Positions 16,821 through 27,200 of a DNA stretch of 64,000 nt are shown piece after piece. The DNA is taken from positions 8,307 through 72,306 of the forward strand of contig PLNR01000009.1 in assembly GCA_003141835.1 (NCBI GenBank). The letters are read 5' to 3'. The translations under genes were made by a program, and so were the position numbers. The notes beneath the pieces were generated by a model that saw only the letters and a program-made list of their open reading frames with translations, was not told the DNA's origin and made no database searches. Positions within the stretch are counted from its first letter, which is position 1. Every line of letters begins with the position of its first letter. The stretch comes from Candidatus Omnitrophota bacterium. Its GTDB lineage: Bacteria > Omnitrophota > Gorgyraeia > Pluralincolimonadales > Pluralincolimonadaceae.

Positions 16821-19800
16821 TCACTGATCTGGAAATAAGGTAAGAAACTGTATATCGTCAATGTATACAACTCCTTCCATATCGTCCCACTCAAAAACTA
16901 TCTTAAACATCTTAAGTCGACTTATATCTACGTGGCGTTTTACAAAATCTATCAATGGTATATTAACTTTCTGCCAAGAGGTGGTAACAGTTACGTATTT
17001 TTCTAAATCTACGCAGTTCTTTGTATATTCCGCATTTGAACCATCATCTAAATATATATTAGGCTTTTCCCCCCCATTTTTACCCTTTATCCAGAAAGAT
17101 AAAGTGTTGTAATCGGAAACATTTAATCCGTTCAACATCGAAAGATAACCACAGTATGTGCCCGGGGTACCGTCTCTTTTTGCTGCTTTGACGCCAAAAT
17201 AGGATATTTGATAACAATATCCTCTTTCTTTATCATCGAAATAACTTGTTCGTATCTTGCTAAGTCCGTCCCCAAAAACCCAATTACCTCCACCAATTAA
17301 ATTTATAGATTCTCTCCCGACGTTGAAGTCATCCACGATAATAGGCTGTACCTGTTTTGTTAACTGGATATTCTTTATATAAACTATCCCTTCCCTCATT
17401 CCCATCCAATTTTCAAAAGCGAAAGAGAGCCTCGCTATTTTAGACAAATCCAATTCTCCGCCAAAACTTGACAAAGGAATTGCCACCTTTTGCCATTCTT
17501 TTGAAAATTCGCCTGTCAAATAACCCCCTAATGTTACTTTCGGCTCAATTCCATTTGAATCTCTAAGGCCTACTCGTATAAGCTTATTGGCATCCACATT
17601 TTTTACCCAAAAAACCAATGAATTGTAGGCTCGAAAATCCGCCTTCTCTAAGGACGTCCAATAACCCGCATAATCCTTCAAACCAGGAACTTTATAATTT
17701 AGGGCTAATGAATAACCGACTTCTTCACTATTGTAGTCGGCTTTGCATTCTCCGCCTGCCTTCGGATTTGTAAAATAATAAGATTTCCCGCCAAGTTTAT
17801 TCGGAGGTCCTCCGGCATTGAAATCGTCTATGAGGAGTATAGATTTATCTTTTGTATCTTTTACGACTATTTTATAATGTACCGTCTCTGACCAGGCACC
17901 AGCTTTATCTTGGTAGCGAATATGAAAATACCATACCCCGGCTTCCAAATCGCTGAAAATTTTTGACGCGGTACAGCTATCTACCTCATCACCAGGTAAG
18001 GTATCCGGATTTTGGTCTATTAGAGAAGAATAACCCTTTATGGAAACCGCGTCCTCGGTTTCCCAACAAAACAACACTAAATTTGCCTCTTTATTATAGG
18101 ATACGAGGGAATATATTCTTGGTAAATCTAGTTTTTTCGGCTTTTTGGAATAATCCACAATAAAACTGAATCTAGATGTTCCATTTAGCGGATTGCCACA
18201 AAGATCCTCAGCTTCGATTAACTGAACATTAACTTTATCTTTATCCCCAAAAACAATACCGGCCAAGCTGGGACTAAAAGTCAATATCTTGTAATCCGGA
18301 TTGTAACTTAACACTGGGGGGGCGGTCCTGAATATTTTATCGTTTATTTTCACCTTTATCGTTTCTGGATTAACACCTACGCCATTCCCATCTGTTAGAT
18401 TAAAGATTATTTTATCCGGAAATGAATGGCTGCCATCGGAAGGAATAGTTGAATTTACAACCGGCCCTTTGGTATCTACCTTTATCCAATAATGATTTGC
18501 CCTGCCCCAATTTCCCGCCTCATCCTCAGCGCGAACGTGAAAATACCATTCGCCGTCAGCTACATTTTGATAGGAAACAGAATTGTTTCTACCTTCGCTT
18601 TTCGCACGAGGCAAAGTGTCCGGATTTTGATCAAGGCAGTAACTATATTCTAAATCTTTGCTTAAATCATCTTCCGCGAAAAAGGTAAACTTAACATTAG
18701 AATTGGCGAAGCCCAGTTTGGATATTCTGAAATTATCCATAAAATAGGTGGCACCCGTTTTATTTTTCCCATACTCCAATTTCATATACCCCGCCTCATC
18801 CCAATCCGCCATCACTAATTCCTCTATGATAAACACGCCCAACTTTTGCTTGAGCATTTGGTAAAGATTAAATTGAGCAGTATGCCATTTACCATCGGCA
18901 ATGATGCCCTGAACATGTCCTATCTCTTCTATGTTAAGCCGGCGATATCTCTTCGGGTCATCGTTAAATCTAATTTCATACCATCTTCCTTCGATTTTTG
19001 CCAAAAAATCTATTTTTACATCCTTCGGAATTTTATAATCGAAAGAAACTAAGGGATATTCTTTCGCGTCAAATGGTTTTGAGATAACCGTGGAGGAAAA
19101 ATTCCCTCTCTCATTTTGGTTGGTAAATTTCAGGCAATATCCACCCTCTTTAGCCGTATCATCTAACGATAATAGAGCTCCCCTTCCTCTATCACGATCC
19201 GACCAAGAGCCTAAGCCATCTTCGAAGGTATCTTGTATTAAGGAGGGATGCGTAGCGGAGGCAATCTTTGGCGCAGAAGGCGGAGTAAGATCAAGGAAAG
19301 GGATTTTATCCTGTTTATCCGGATCGGCTTTTGATACTACGATGATCATTTCTTTTTCTTGTTTTACGGCAATTATTCTTTCTTTGGGGGAGCTTTCTTT
19401 TGAAACCGCAGCGACGCCTCTGTATATCCCGGTATTGCTACCTGTCTCCAATAACTGAATTGTTATGCCCTTCGGGTCCGAAATACTGCTTAAAATCTTT
19501 ACTTCCGCGGCGTCAATCGTATTAGAGTTTGCATCTTTTCCTTTCATCTCGATATATAGTCTATCCTCCAATTTCAAAGGCTCAGTCCTATGGCTTAAAA
19601 AATCTTTATTCATAACCTTTAGATATTCTATCTGCTGAGGCGAATTCTGGATTACCTCGCATACCACATTTTCAGAGGGCAGGCTTACCTGCCCAAATGG
19701 GTCGGTTGCCCGAGAATAAATAATATTTTCCCCGTCGTTCAACAAAATGTTACTTAAATTAAAAATACCCGTGTCTTTGTCCGATTCTGCTTTACCCTGG

Positions 19801-20798
19801 CTTTGTCCGTTTACAAATACCTCCACCTCTGTATTTGGGTCGGACTCGCCTTTTACGGTTATTAATTTTAACGGAGTAGGCGAATAGGGTTTATAGATAA
19901 TAGGGGGCTGAGGCGGCTTGACTTTAGCCAGTATACAATAATAAGCGACGCCTGAGGTTATACTTGAAACGGGAGTCCTCAGGATATTCTTTTCGATATC
20001 GGAGACGCCGGCCAGATAGTCCCAATTGCCCGTTCTCGGCTCATATGCATATATGCCCAACTTTTTCTCTTCATCCGGCGACTTTAAATCTGTATTTAAA
20101 TAATTCATTTCCAATACAGCGTCTTTGGTAAAACTCTCGCCCTGCGGCCTAATCACATATACTTGCCCTACTAATATATAGCCTTCGGGAATAGTAGCAT
20201 TTTTGTCTATAACAGACCTTATCCCAAAGACCTTGAAAGGGCCATCCATGGCCTGTTCGGGAACGGTTAAAACCACTTTGTTATCCTTGCTTTCAACCTT
20301 TCCGCCGTAAACATTAGGAATTACTCTTCCTACTTCCACGGTAACTCTATCCTCTGCTTTTTCCCCGCCCTTTCCAAATACTGAAAGCTTTACCGTATAT
20401 ATCCCGTTTAAATCAACAGGATGCTCTCCGTAGACATAATTGGAAAGCCCCGTGCCCCAAGTGGCTAAATTGCCATGGATGGTCTGGTCTCCTATGGCGA
20501 GCTCGTCGATATCCACGTTTTCCATCTGAGGACTGGTTGAAGCGATAATTTCAACCCATTCCCTTGGGTCAGGGCCTTCTCCATATTCTACCCTGTATCT
20601 TTCAAAATCTCTGCCGTAGGCTTTGCCGAATATGGGAACATCTCCCCTTACTAATGTGTCTTTGCCGGGAAGATCTATCTTAGCAATAAGTAAGGCAGGA
20701 TTGGACTTTGGATTGGAGGAATTCTCCGCAAAGACCGAGGAATGCGAAATGGCAATTAATCCTATGATAATTACAAACGCTGCCTTCTTGATATTCAC
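16821..20798 (-). CDS. Large secreted multidomain protein with Ig/FN3-like and several carbohydrate-binding (CBM11/CIA30-like) domains
   Basis: Signal peptide; YRVEYGEGPDPREW Ig-like N-domain; two DQNPDTLP...WYFH(V/I)R..D.AG.W repeats; C-terminal jelly rolls with LxFW(V/I)K, WQKVxIPL and YIDDI. No catalytic motif recognised. Confidence 0.7.
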   Translation of the reverse strand: MNIKKAAFVIIIGLIAISHSSVFAENSSNPKSNPALLIAKIDLPGKDTLVRGDVPIFGKAYGRDFERYRVEYGEGPDPREWVEIIASTSPQMENVDIDELAIGDQTIHGNLATWGTGLSNYVYGEHPVDLNGIYTVKLSVFGKGGEKAEDRVTVEVGRVIPNVYGGKVESKDNKVVLTVPEQAMDGPFKVFGIRSVIDKNATIPEGYILVGQVYVIRPQGESFTKDAVLEMNYLNTDLKSPDEEKKLGIYAYEPRTGNWDYLAGVSDIEKNILRTPVSSITSGVAYYCILAKVKPPQPPIIYKPYSPTPLKLITVKGESDPNTEVEVFVNGQSQGKAESDKDTGIFNLSNILLNDGENIIYSRATDPFGQVSLPSENVVCEVIQNSPQQIEYLKVMNKDFLSHRTEPLKLEDRLYIEMKGKDANSNTIDAAEVKILSSISDPKGITIQLLETGSNTGIYRGVAAVSKESSPKERIIAVKQEKEMIIVVSKADPDKQDKIPFLDLTPPSAPKIASATHPSLIQDTFEDGLGSWSDRDRGRGALLSLDDTAKEGGYCLKFTNQNERGNFSSTVISKPFDAKEYPLVSFDYKIPKDVKIDFLAKIEGRWYEIRFNDDPKRYRRLNIEEIGHVQGIIADGKWHTAQFNLYQMLKQKLGVFIIEELVMADWDEAGYMKLEYGKNKTGATYFMDNFRISKLGFANSNVKFTFFAEDDLSKDLEYSYCLDQNPDTLPRAKSEGRNNSVSYQNVADGEWYFHVRAEDEAGNWGRANHYWIKVDTKGPVVNSTIPSDGSHSFPDKIIFNLTDGNGVGVNPETIKVKINDKIFRTAPPVLSYNPDYKILTFSPSLAGIVFGDKDKVNVQLIEAEDLCGNPLNGTSRFSFIVDYSKKPKKLDLPRIYSLVSYNKEANLVLFCWETEDAVSIKGYSSLIDQNPDTLPGDEVDSCTASKIFSDLEAGVWYFHIRYQDKAGAWSETVHYKIVVKDTKDKSILLIDDFNAGGPPNKLGGKSYYFTNPKAGGECKADYNSEEVGYSLALNYKVPGLKDYAGYWTSLEKADFRAYNSLVFWVKNVDANKLIRVGLRDSNGIEPKVTLGGYLTGEFSKEWQKVAIPLSSFGGELDLSKIARLSFAFENWMGMREGIVYIKNIQLTKQVQPIIVDDFNVGRESINLIGGGNWVFGDGLSKIRTSYFDDKERGYCYQISYFGVKAAKRDGTPGTYCGYLSMLNGLNVSDYNTLSFWIKGKNGGEKPNIYLDDGSNAEYTKNCVDLEKYVTVTTSWQKVNIPLIDFVKRHVDISRLKMFKIVFEWDDMEGVVYIDDIQFLTLFPDQ

Positions 20799-23095
20799 GG
20801 AAGAATGCGGGACGAGACGGTTAAATTCTGTTTGTGTGGATGGGCTGGGCTTTCTAACTCAGCGATAACCTTTTTTTCGGCACCGAGTTCTTTAAGGTGA
20901 GATGCCAATTCGTAATTAGAGCCTTCGTAGGTTTGTCTTTGGCTTAGGCGGTACCTATCCGCTCGTTGTTTTAAGCGGTTTTGTATGTTATCTGAGAAGA
21001 AGTCGATACCTAATTCTTTAGAATGCTGGATGAAGGTTGGGTCTGCTGATATTATGTCCATAAATGGCGTATCCCAACTTGTCCCAAGGAGAAGTTGTTT
21101 TGTTACAGGGGGATCTGCGTGGGGATAGATATAAGGATCGGCGCTTGTAGGCTTAGCAAGCAAGAAAAGTCTATAAACAACTTGAGAAGTTAGCCACTCA
21201 GGAACGTAATTTCCATTTTTATCTTTACCATCCCACGCAGTGAAGTTCGTAACTGTTTTGGAATAACCGCCTGAGTTACGATCTAAAACCTGCACTTCGT
21301 CCTTGAGAACTACAAGGGGATTTATAATCTTTAGCCCTTCTGGCGTATTTACATATAATGAAGCGGATACATTCATATTTTCTGACTGAGCCTCTGTTAC
21401 CGCTTCATCCGTAATAGTAAATTGTGAGAGTGTACCGGAATTCTTTAGCGCGTCTATAAATGGATCTCTGTCTTCATCATAAGGGGGCACATCTATTCCC
21501 CAGCCGTAACTCGCAGGAGGATAATCACCAAAGGTAAAATATACATCTCCGATTATTGGTCGGGACAGATACGCCGTAACCTCATCCGTAAATGTGTCGT
21601 TTTGAGCAAATTCCTCAGCAGGGTTCTTAATTTTTAGACTTAAGGTATTTACGCCAGGGCTCAAAGTAGCCTTAACAAAGAACTCCCCAGGCTCTAATTT
21701 TATCTTTGTTTTATTGCCAAGAATATCTATAACTTCAGGGCCATCTCTTGATTTTAGGAAACCTCTGCCGGGGTACGCATAATAGGGCATGTTAGCTACA
21801 AAATTACCAGGAATGATGTTTTTACCGTTTAATCTCATATATTCCAGCTCTATATCTGCCAATAGGTATTCCTTTATCTTGACTACTATATAGTAATCCA
21901 TATTAGGAGCTCTTTGAGATTCGTCTAATGCAATAACTTTTATGCGCTCAATCTGAGGTTTATCTTCAATGGCCTCAAGGGTCTCTTTAATGGCATTGTC
22001 AGCAACCCCCACATGAAACCCACTTACTTGATAATCAGCTCTAGCTATCTCACCAACTTTTGTTTGACTTGACATAGTCACAATACCATCGCCATTAAAG
22101 ATGGCATTATCTAATGACTGCGATTCGCCAGCTAATGTAGAAAACGTAAAAGGAGAGCTAAGTTTCGACAGTTTATCTACTGACCATATCGCGATTTGAT
22201 GCCCCACAGGGTTGCTTCCGGTTATAACTTTATAATCTGTCGGTACAGCAAGACTATTATTATTCCCTAAAAAGGTATCGTTTGCTGCATAATCTGTGTG
22301 TAATGTAACTGCAAAATTGCTTAAAAGTCCAGAATATGTAGCTTCATAACGTGTAAATGCTGGCGTGCGAAGATCTTTTATTGCATCCCCTCTAGGCTTC
22401 GGCCCTGTAAAATCTAAGGGTGTTAGTAACAAATTAATATGTAGTTGGTTATTAAAAATTTTAGCATAAATCGACGCCCTTTCAACAGCTTCTTTATTAG
22501 CAAAAAGAAGCGGAGAAAATGCTGTATAGGAATTATACGTTATACTTTTAACTGGAGAATCCATCTGCGCATTTCCGTCCCTAACTTGGTTAAGTAACCA
22601 CAAAATACTTGCATACGGAGAACCTAAGTGCGGCGTATCAATAAATACCACACGAAATATTTTATTCTGGTAGGACGGATGTAGAGCTAATAACGAACGG
22701 GTAACCAATCCTCCCATGCTGTGACAAACTATTATAACTTTTCGGTCATTTGCAGATATTTCAGGTGGATAATAAGAGAGGGCTCTATCTATCAAATAAC
22801 TTAATCTAGTTATAATATCAGGAATATGGCTATTATTTTGATTTTCATAATCGCAATTTACAAAATAATAATTTTCACTAACCTGACCAGGATATTTAAA
22901 TTTTTCTTCGATTCCAGTCGTCCAAAAATATCGCCTTAGCTCATCTCTCATCCCTCTCCACATCGCATCGCTTGAATTTAAACCGTGAACAAAAACAATT
23001 GGGTATGGGTAATACGTTTGCTCAGCGTAAGCAAAATTTATGTTTATCATTATAAGAAATGAAATGAGCATAAACTTTCCCGAAATTTTCTTCAT
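20795..23095 (-). CDS. Secreted alpha/beta hydrolase (lipase/PGAP1-like) with C-terminal Ig/FlgD-like domain
   Basis: Signal peptide; PIVFVHGLNS oxyanion motif, CHSMGGL nucleophile elbow, DTPHLGS, NGDGIV Asp and GFHVG His; WDGKDKNGNYVP FlgD-Ig-like motif. Confidence 0.78.
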   Translation of the reverse strand: MKKISGKFMLISFLIMININFAYAEQTYYPYPIVFVHGLNSSDAMWRGMRDELRRYFWTTGIEEKFKYPGQVSENYYFVNCDYENQNNSHIPDIITRLSYLIDRALSYYPPEISANDRKVIIVCHSMGGLVTRSLLALHPSYQNKIFRVVFIDTPHLGSPYASILWLLNQVRDGNAQMDSPVKSITYNSYTAFSPLLFANKEAVERASIYAKIFNNQLHINLLLTPLDFTGPKPRGDAIKDLRTPAFTRYEATYSGLLSNFAVTLHTDYAANDTFLGNNNSLAVPTDYKVITGSNPVGHQIAIWSVDKLSKLSSPFTFSTLAGESQSLDNAIFNGDGIVTMSSQTKVGEIARADYQVSGFHVGVADNAIKETLEAIEDKPQIERIKVIALDESQRAPNMDYYIVVKIKEYLLADIELEYMRLNGKNIIPGNFVANMPYYAYPGRGFLKSRDGPEVIDILGNKTKIKLEPGEFFVKATLSPGVNTLSLKIKNPAEEFAQNDTFTDEVTAYLSRPIIGDVYFTFGDYPPASYGWGIDVPPYDEDRDPFIDALKNSGTLSQFTITDEAVTEAQSENMNVSASLYVNTPEGLKIINPLVVLKDEVQVLDRNSGGYSKTVTNFTAWDGKDKNGNYVPEWLTSQVVYRLFLLAKPTSADPYIYPHADPPVTKQLLLGTSWDTPFMDIISADPTFIQHSKELGIDFFSDNIQNRLKQRADRYRLSQRQTYEGSNYELASHLKELGAEKKVIAELESPAHPHKQNLTVSSRILP

Positions 23096-24240
23096 TTTAC
23101 CTTAACCGTTCCTTCATCTTTGAACAAATCTTCAAGGCTCATGATAGTAATTTTTCTCCCTGCGAATAATGGCCGACTGTGTGCGTCTTTTTTCATCAAC
23201 ACATCAATATATGCTAACTTTTCCCCAGCAGAAGATACAGATGGGTATTCTTTGTAAAAGTCTTTTACTAGCACCCAACCATCATCTTTCTTTCCATATA
23301 TTCCAAAATTTCCGGCAATCAGAAATTTCTCATCTTTTGTGATAGCGAAGCTACTGGGAAGAGCGATTGCATATTCATCGCCATAATAATTAGCTATGGA
23401 GTCAAAATGAGAACTCGATAAAAACAACTTATCTACTAATTCAACATTGCCGTCAGGAATATTTATTAAATAAATATAATTCCCCCTATCCAGCTTGCTG
23501 GAATCACCCGTATAAGAAAATGCTAGCTTATTCTTTGATATTAATTTCAAATCTTTCACATCTCCCCTTTTTGAACCTTCAAATCTATTTTCGGTTATTT
23601 CAGTCAATTTCTTGACAGTATTATCTCTTATAGAATATTCCAAAATGTAATTCTCATGACGCTCATAAAAGTTATCATATCGAACCCCATATAGCTTTTC
23701 CCCATCCTGTGAGATATCAAAAGGAATTATCTCCGGAACTCTTTCTTTAAAATTTCTTCCTGTTATATCAAGGGTGATATAGCGATAATCGCTTGGGATA
23801 CCGCCATAATAGTTATAATACAGAAATATCTTTTTGCCGTTATCATATACTCTAAACCCCAAATTCTCATCCAAGGAGCCCTCAAGCGATTGACTCGGTT
23901 GGATATGCCTTCTGGCGATATGTTTTATCAGTTTTTTCGTTTCGGGATGACTTGCCCTTTCACGATATATGTAAATATCCATTATGGGATTCTTTATTAA
24001 TAAGATAAACTTACCTTGTTCAAAAACCGTCTTATCCCTATGAAGAACAAGCTCAACATAGCAAATTTCATCGTTACTTATCCATTGCGGAAAGGTTGTC
24101 CTTCGCTGTATTTCCTCATATGGCGTAAGTTTAAGTAGAAATACCGGCCCCCAGGCATAAAGCAATATAAAAACTATAAAGGCAATCACAACTAACACAG
24201 GCGTTGTTATTATTCCTATTAATATTTTATTACTTTTCAA
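23092..24240 (-). CDS. Membrane-anchored hypothetical protein, possible TolB/PD40-like beta-propeller
   Basis: TTG start; N-terminal TM helix; blade-like motifs PQWISNDEICY, ISQDGEKLY, ITKDEKFL, PSVSSAGEKLAY. Confidence 0.55.
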   Translation of the reverse strand: MKSNKILIGIITTPVLVVIAFIVFILLYAWGPVFLLKLTPYEEIQRRTTFPQWISNDEICYVELVLHRDKTVFEQGKFILLIKNPIMDIYIYRERASHPETKKLIKHIARRHIQPSQSLEGSLDENLGFRVYDNGKKIFLYYNYYGGIPSDYRYITLDITGRNFKERVPEIIPFDISQDGEKLYGVRYDNFYERHENYILEYSIRDNTVKKLTEITENRFEGSKRGDVKDLKLISKNKLAFSYTGDSSKLDRGNYIYLINIPDGNVELVDKLFLSSSHFDSIANYYGDEYAIALPSSFAITKDEKFLIAGNFGIYGKKDDGWVLVKDFYKEYPSVSSAGEKLAYIDVLMKKDAHSRPLFAGRKITIMSLEDLFKDEGTVKVK

Positions 24241-24261
24241 AGTTGCCTTCTTTCCTATAAA

Positions 24262-27200
24262 TTATTGGAATTCACTATCGGGTATACCAGTATTAATATA
24301 AACATTTGAATATATGTGTGTGGTTGTATACAATAGCTTACCGCCTTCTCCATATACTTTATCAACTTCATTCTGATAACCCCAGGCATTTTCCATTTGT
24401 ACAAAATCTGAATATTCACTTGTATTAATTGTTTCAAAGCCATTTTGTAATATGTGGTACTCAGTTTTTATAATGACCCCTTTCCCATAATCTATATAAT
24501 TAACTACGTAGGGGTATTCGTCAGTTTGCCCTTCCTTTTTAATTTTAACAACATAGATGTTCGATGTAGAATCACCTGAAACGATCTCTTTGCTCATTGT
24601 CGCTACGCTTTCTTCAATAATTGGTCTTATATAAACTCCAGGATTAGGTGAAATTTCTTGTACCTTTTGTTTATTCCCCTTTATCCATATCTTAAGATAC
24701 GTTATAGGCGCGAGAAATGGTGAATTTGAGGTGACTGTAATATCTGCTTTTGTATCCTGTATCATAGAGTCATTTAAGTTTACTCTGGCAATAATATCAT
24801 CTGCGGTCACCGTCAGAAGCGCTGAAGTCGTAATATTAAAGGTCACGGCTACAAAAGGATTGGCATTCGTTGATACCTGAATCTGGGTCAAAGCTAAAGC
24901 TAAGTTTGGACATGTTAAATTTACTTCTGCTTCGCCATAATCAGTAGTAACAGTCGTTGGTGAGGATATAGTTCCTGCGCCTTGTATCACCTGGAAGTTT
25001 ATAGTTTCATTCTGTATTGGATTATTGTTTGAATCAGTCAGTTTTACTATTAAGGGTATTGTGACGGCGGGTGCAGGAGTTACTGAGTCATCTGTAATCT
25101 TCGTAAGTACAGAAGGTTGCGCTGGCTTTGTAGCTACGGAGAAAACAGTTTTGACTAACGGATTGCTGACGGAATGAGCTTCAACCTGGTTTGTTGTCTC
25201 AGAATTAGTATCTGTAGTCAAGGTTATAGCTGCTTCCCCGTTTGCATCGGTAAAGGAGGACGTAGATGATAAGGAGCCGTTCCCTTGGGTTATGCTAAAT
25301 AAGATCTCTTCATTTGGCTCGTGTTGATTATTTTTATCAAGTCTTACCTTTAACGTCTGGTTCGAGCCGGCGCTTGGACAGTTTGGGTCGCCTTGAGTTA
25401 CATCGCCTGAAACTTTAAATAATTCATAATTGGCCAGGTCTGGTGAATTAACTAATATTGAATCGCAAAATTGATTGTTATTGGCATCATAGCCAGAGGC
25501 GGTTACGACTGTTTTAATTGTATCTAAAACTATCTCCTCTGCCGTAAAATTAGTGTTATTAATGAGGGCGGTTGTGGAATTAACCATTATAAGTGAGAGA
25601 TCCGTGGTATTTGTTCCCTGAACATTTATGGGCGATATATCCTGTTCTGCGTTATCCACAGGCGAGGTTATTGTTACTTTTGGAGTTTGGGTGTTATACG
25701 TTATATTAATTTGTTTTTGGTTGGTGTTCCCTGCCTGGTCAGTTGCCTGAATTGTGATCGTATCCGCCCCCTCACTTAAAGTCGGCCTTGCGATGAATCT
25801 AAAGTCAGCTAATGGTTCAATAACTGCACCATTTATTGTAACTATTTGAGCATCATCTGAAACTCTTCCACAGACTATATTGCTTCTGGTAGTTGAGTTA
25901 TTATCCGGGGCATAAATACTTATGCCCGGTGGTGTCGTATCTAATATGACATTTATAATAGCTTGTGTACTTATAGTATCCTTGACTGCCCACGCTGTTA
26001 TTATATTTGTGCCTTCAGTCAAAGGTATATTCGAGGCGATAAAGGTATTATCTGCTACATCGGCTTGTATGTCCCCTATCGTAACAGTTGCTGTATTGTC
26101 ACTTACCGTGCCCGAGATGGTTATTGTGGGGGTATTTACCAAAACATTATCTGCCGGAAAAGTTATGGCAATTGAGAGCGTTACTTCCTCTTGTTGATAG
26201 TTTACGGTTATGGAATTTGAGTTAGATGAGTTGGTTGCCGGGTCGGTTGCAACCGCGACAATTGTATTTGTGCCTTGGGTTAATGGGACACTCGCAGAAT
26301 ATGCCCCGTTTACCGGCACGGGTGTCGCTTTAACCACGTCATTTACCTTGATCACGACAGTCGCCGTGTTGTCATCTACCGTGCCTGATACGGTTATCGG
26401 CGATACAGTTGATGTAGAATTATTTTCGGGAGACGTGATCGCGATTACTGGTGAGGCAGTATCTAATATTATAGTATCGGATACAGCTGCTGACCAGTTT
26501 CCGGCAACATCCTTGAACTTGGCATAGGCTGTCTTGATGCCCTCTCCTGTTGTCAATGTCCAGGATTTAGAAGTTGCATAGACTTCTGGTGTTGACCAAT
26601 TAATGTTATCATTTGAGAACTGCATCTGGCTTAGATCTGAACCGTTATCAGTTGCGGACAGAGTTAGGGTAACTGCGACCGAGTTGGTATATTGTGCCCC
26701 ACTATTGATCGTGACTGTTCCTGACGGGGCTGCAGCATCCAAAAGGATATTGGTTGTAGCAGGGCCGCTCTGATTTCCGGCGGCATCTTCGGCCTTTACG
26801 CTTATACTATTCTCGCCTTCCGCTAAACTTGATAATAAGCAAGACCAGGTAGTGGATGTGGGATAGGTTACCGTGCCTATCGTTGCCGTAGAACAGGTCA
26901 CTATTATAGCGGCTGCATCTTCTGTCTTTGTGCCTGTCACGGTCTGCGAGTTTGCGTTCGTAGGAGAAGTGACTGCATCTATGGTCGGCTGTGCAGGTGC
27001 CGTTGTATCCAATATTATGGTATCGCTTGCGGCTCCGGACCAGTTACCGGCGCCGTCTTTTGCCTTGGCATAGACGGTCTTAGTACCGCTTCCGGAAGGC
27101 AGTGTGTAATTTATTTCCGACGTAGCGGGCTCCGGATCCGACCAGTTAACGTTATCGTTGGAGAACTTCATTTCAGTTATACCGGATTGCGTATCGTAAG

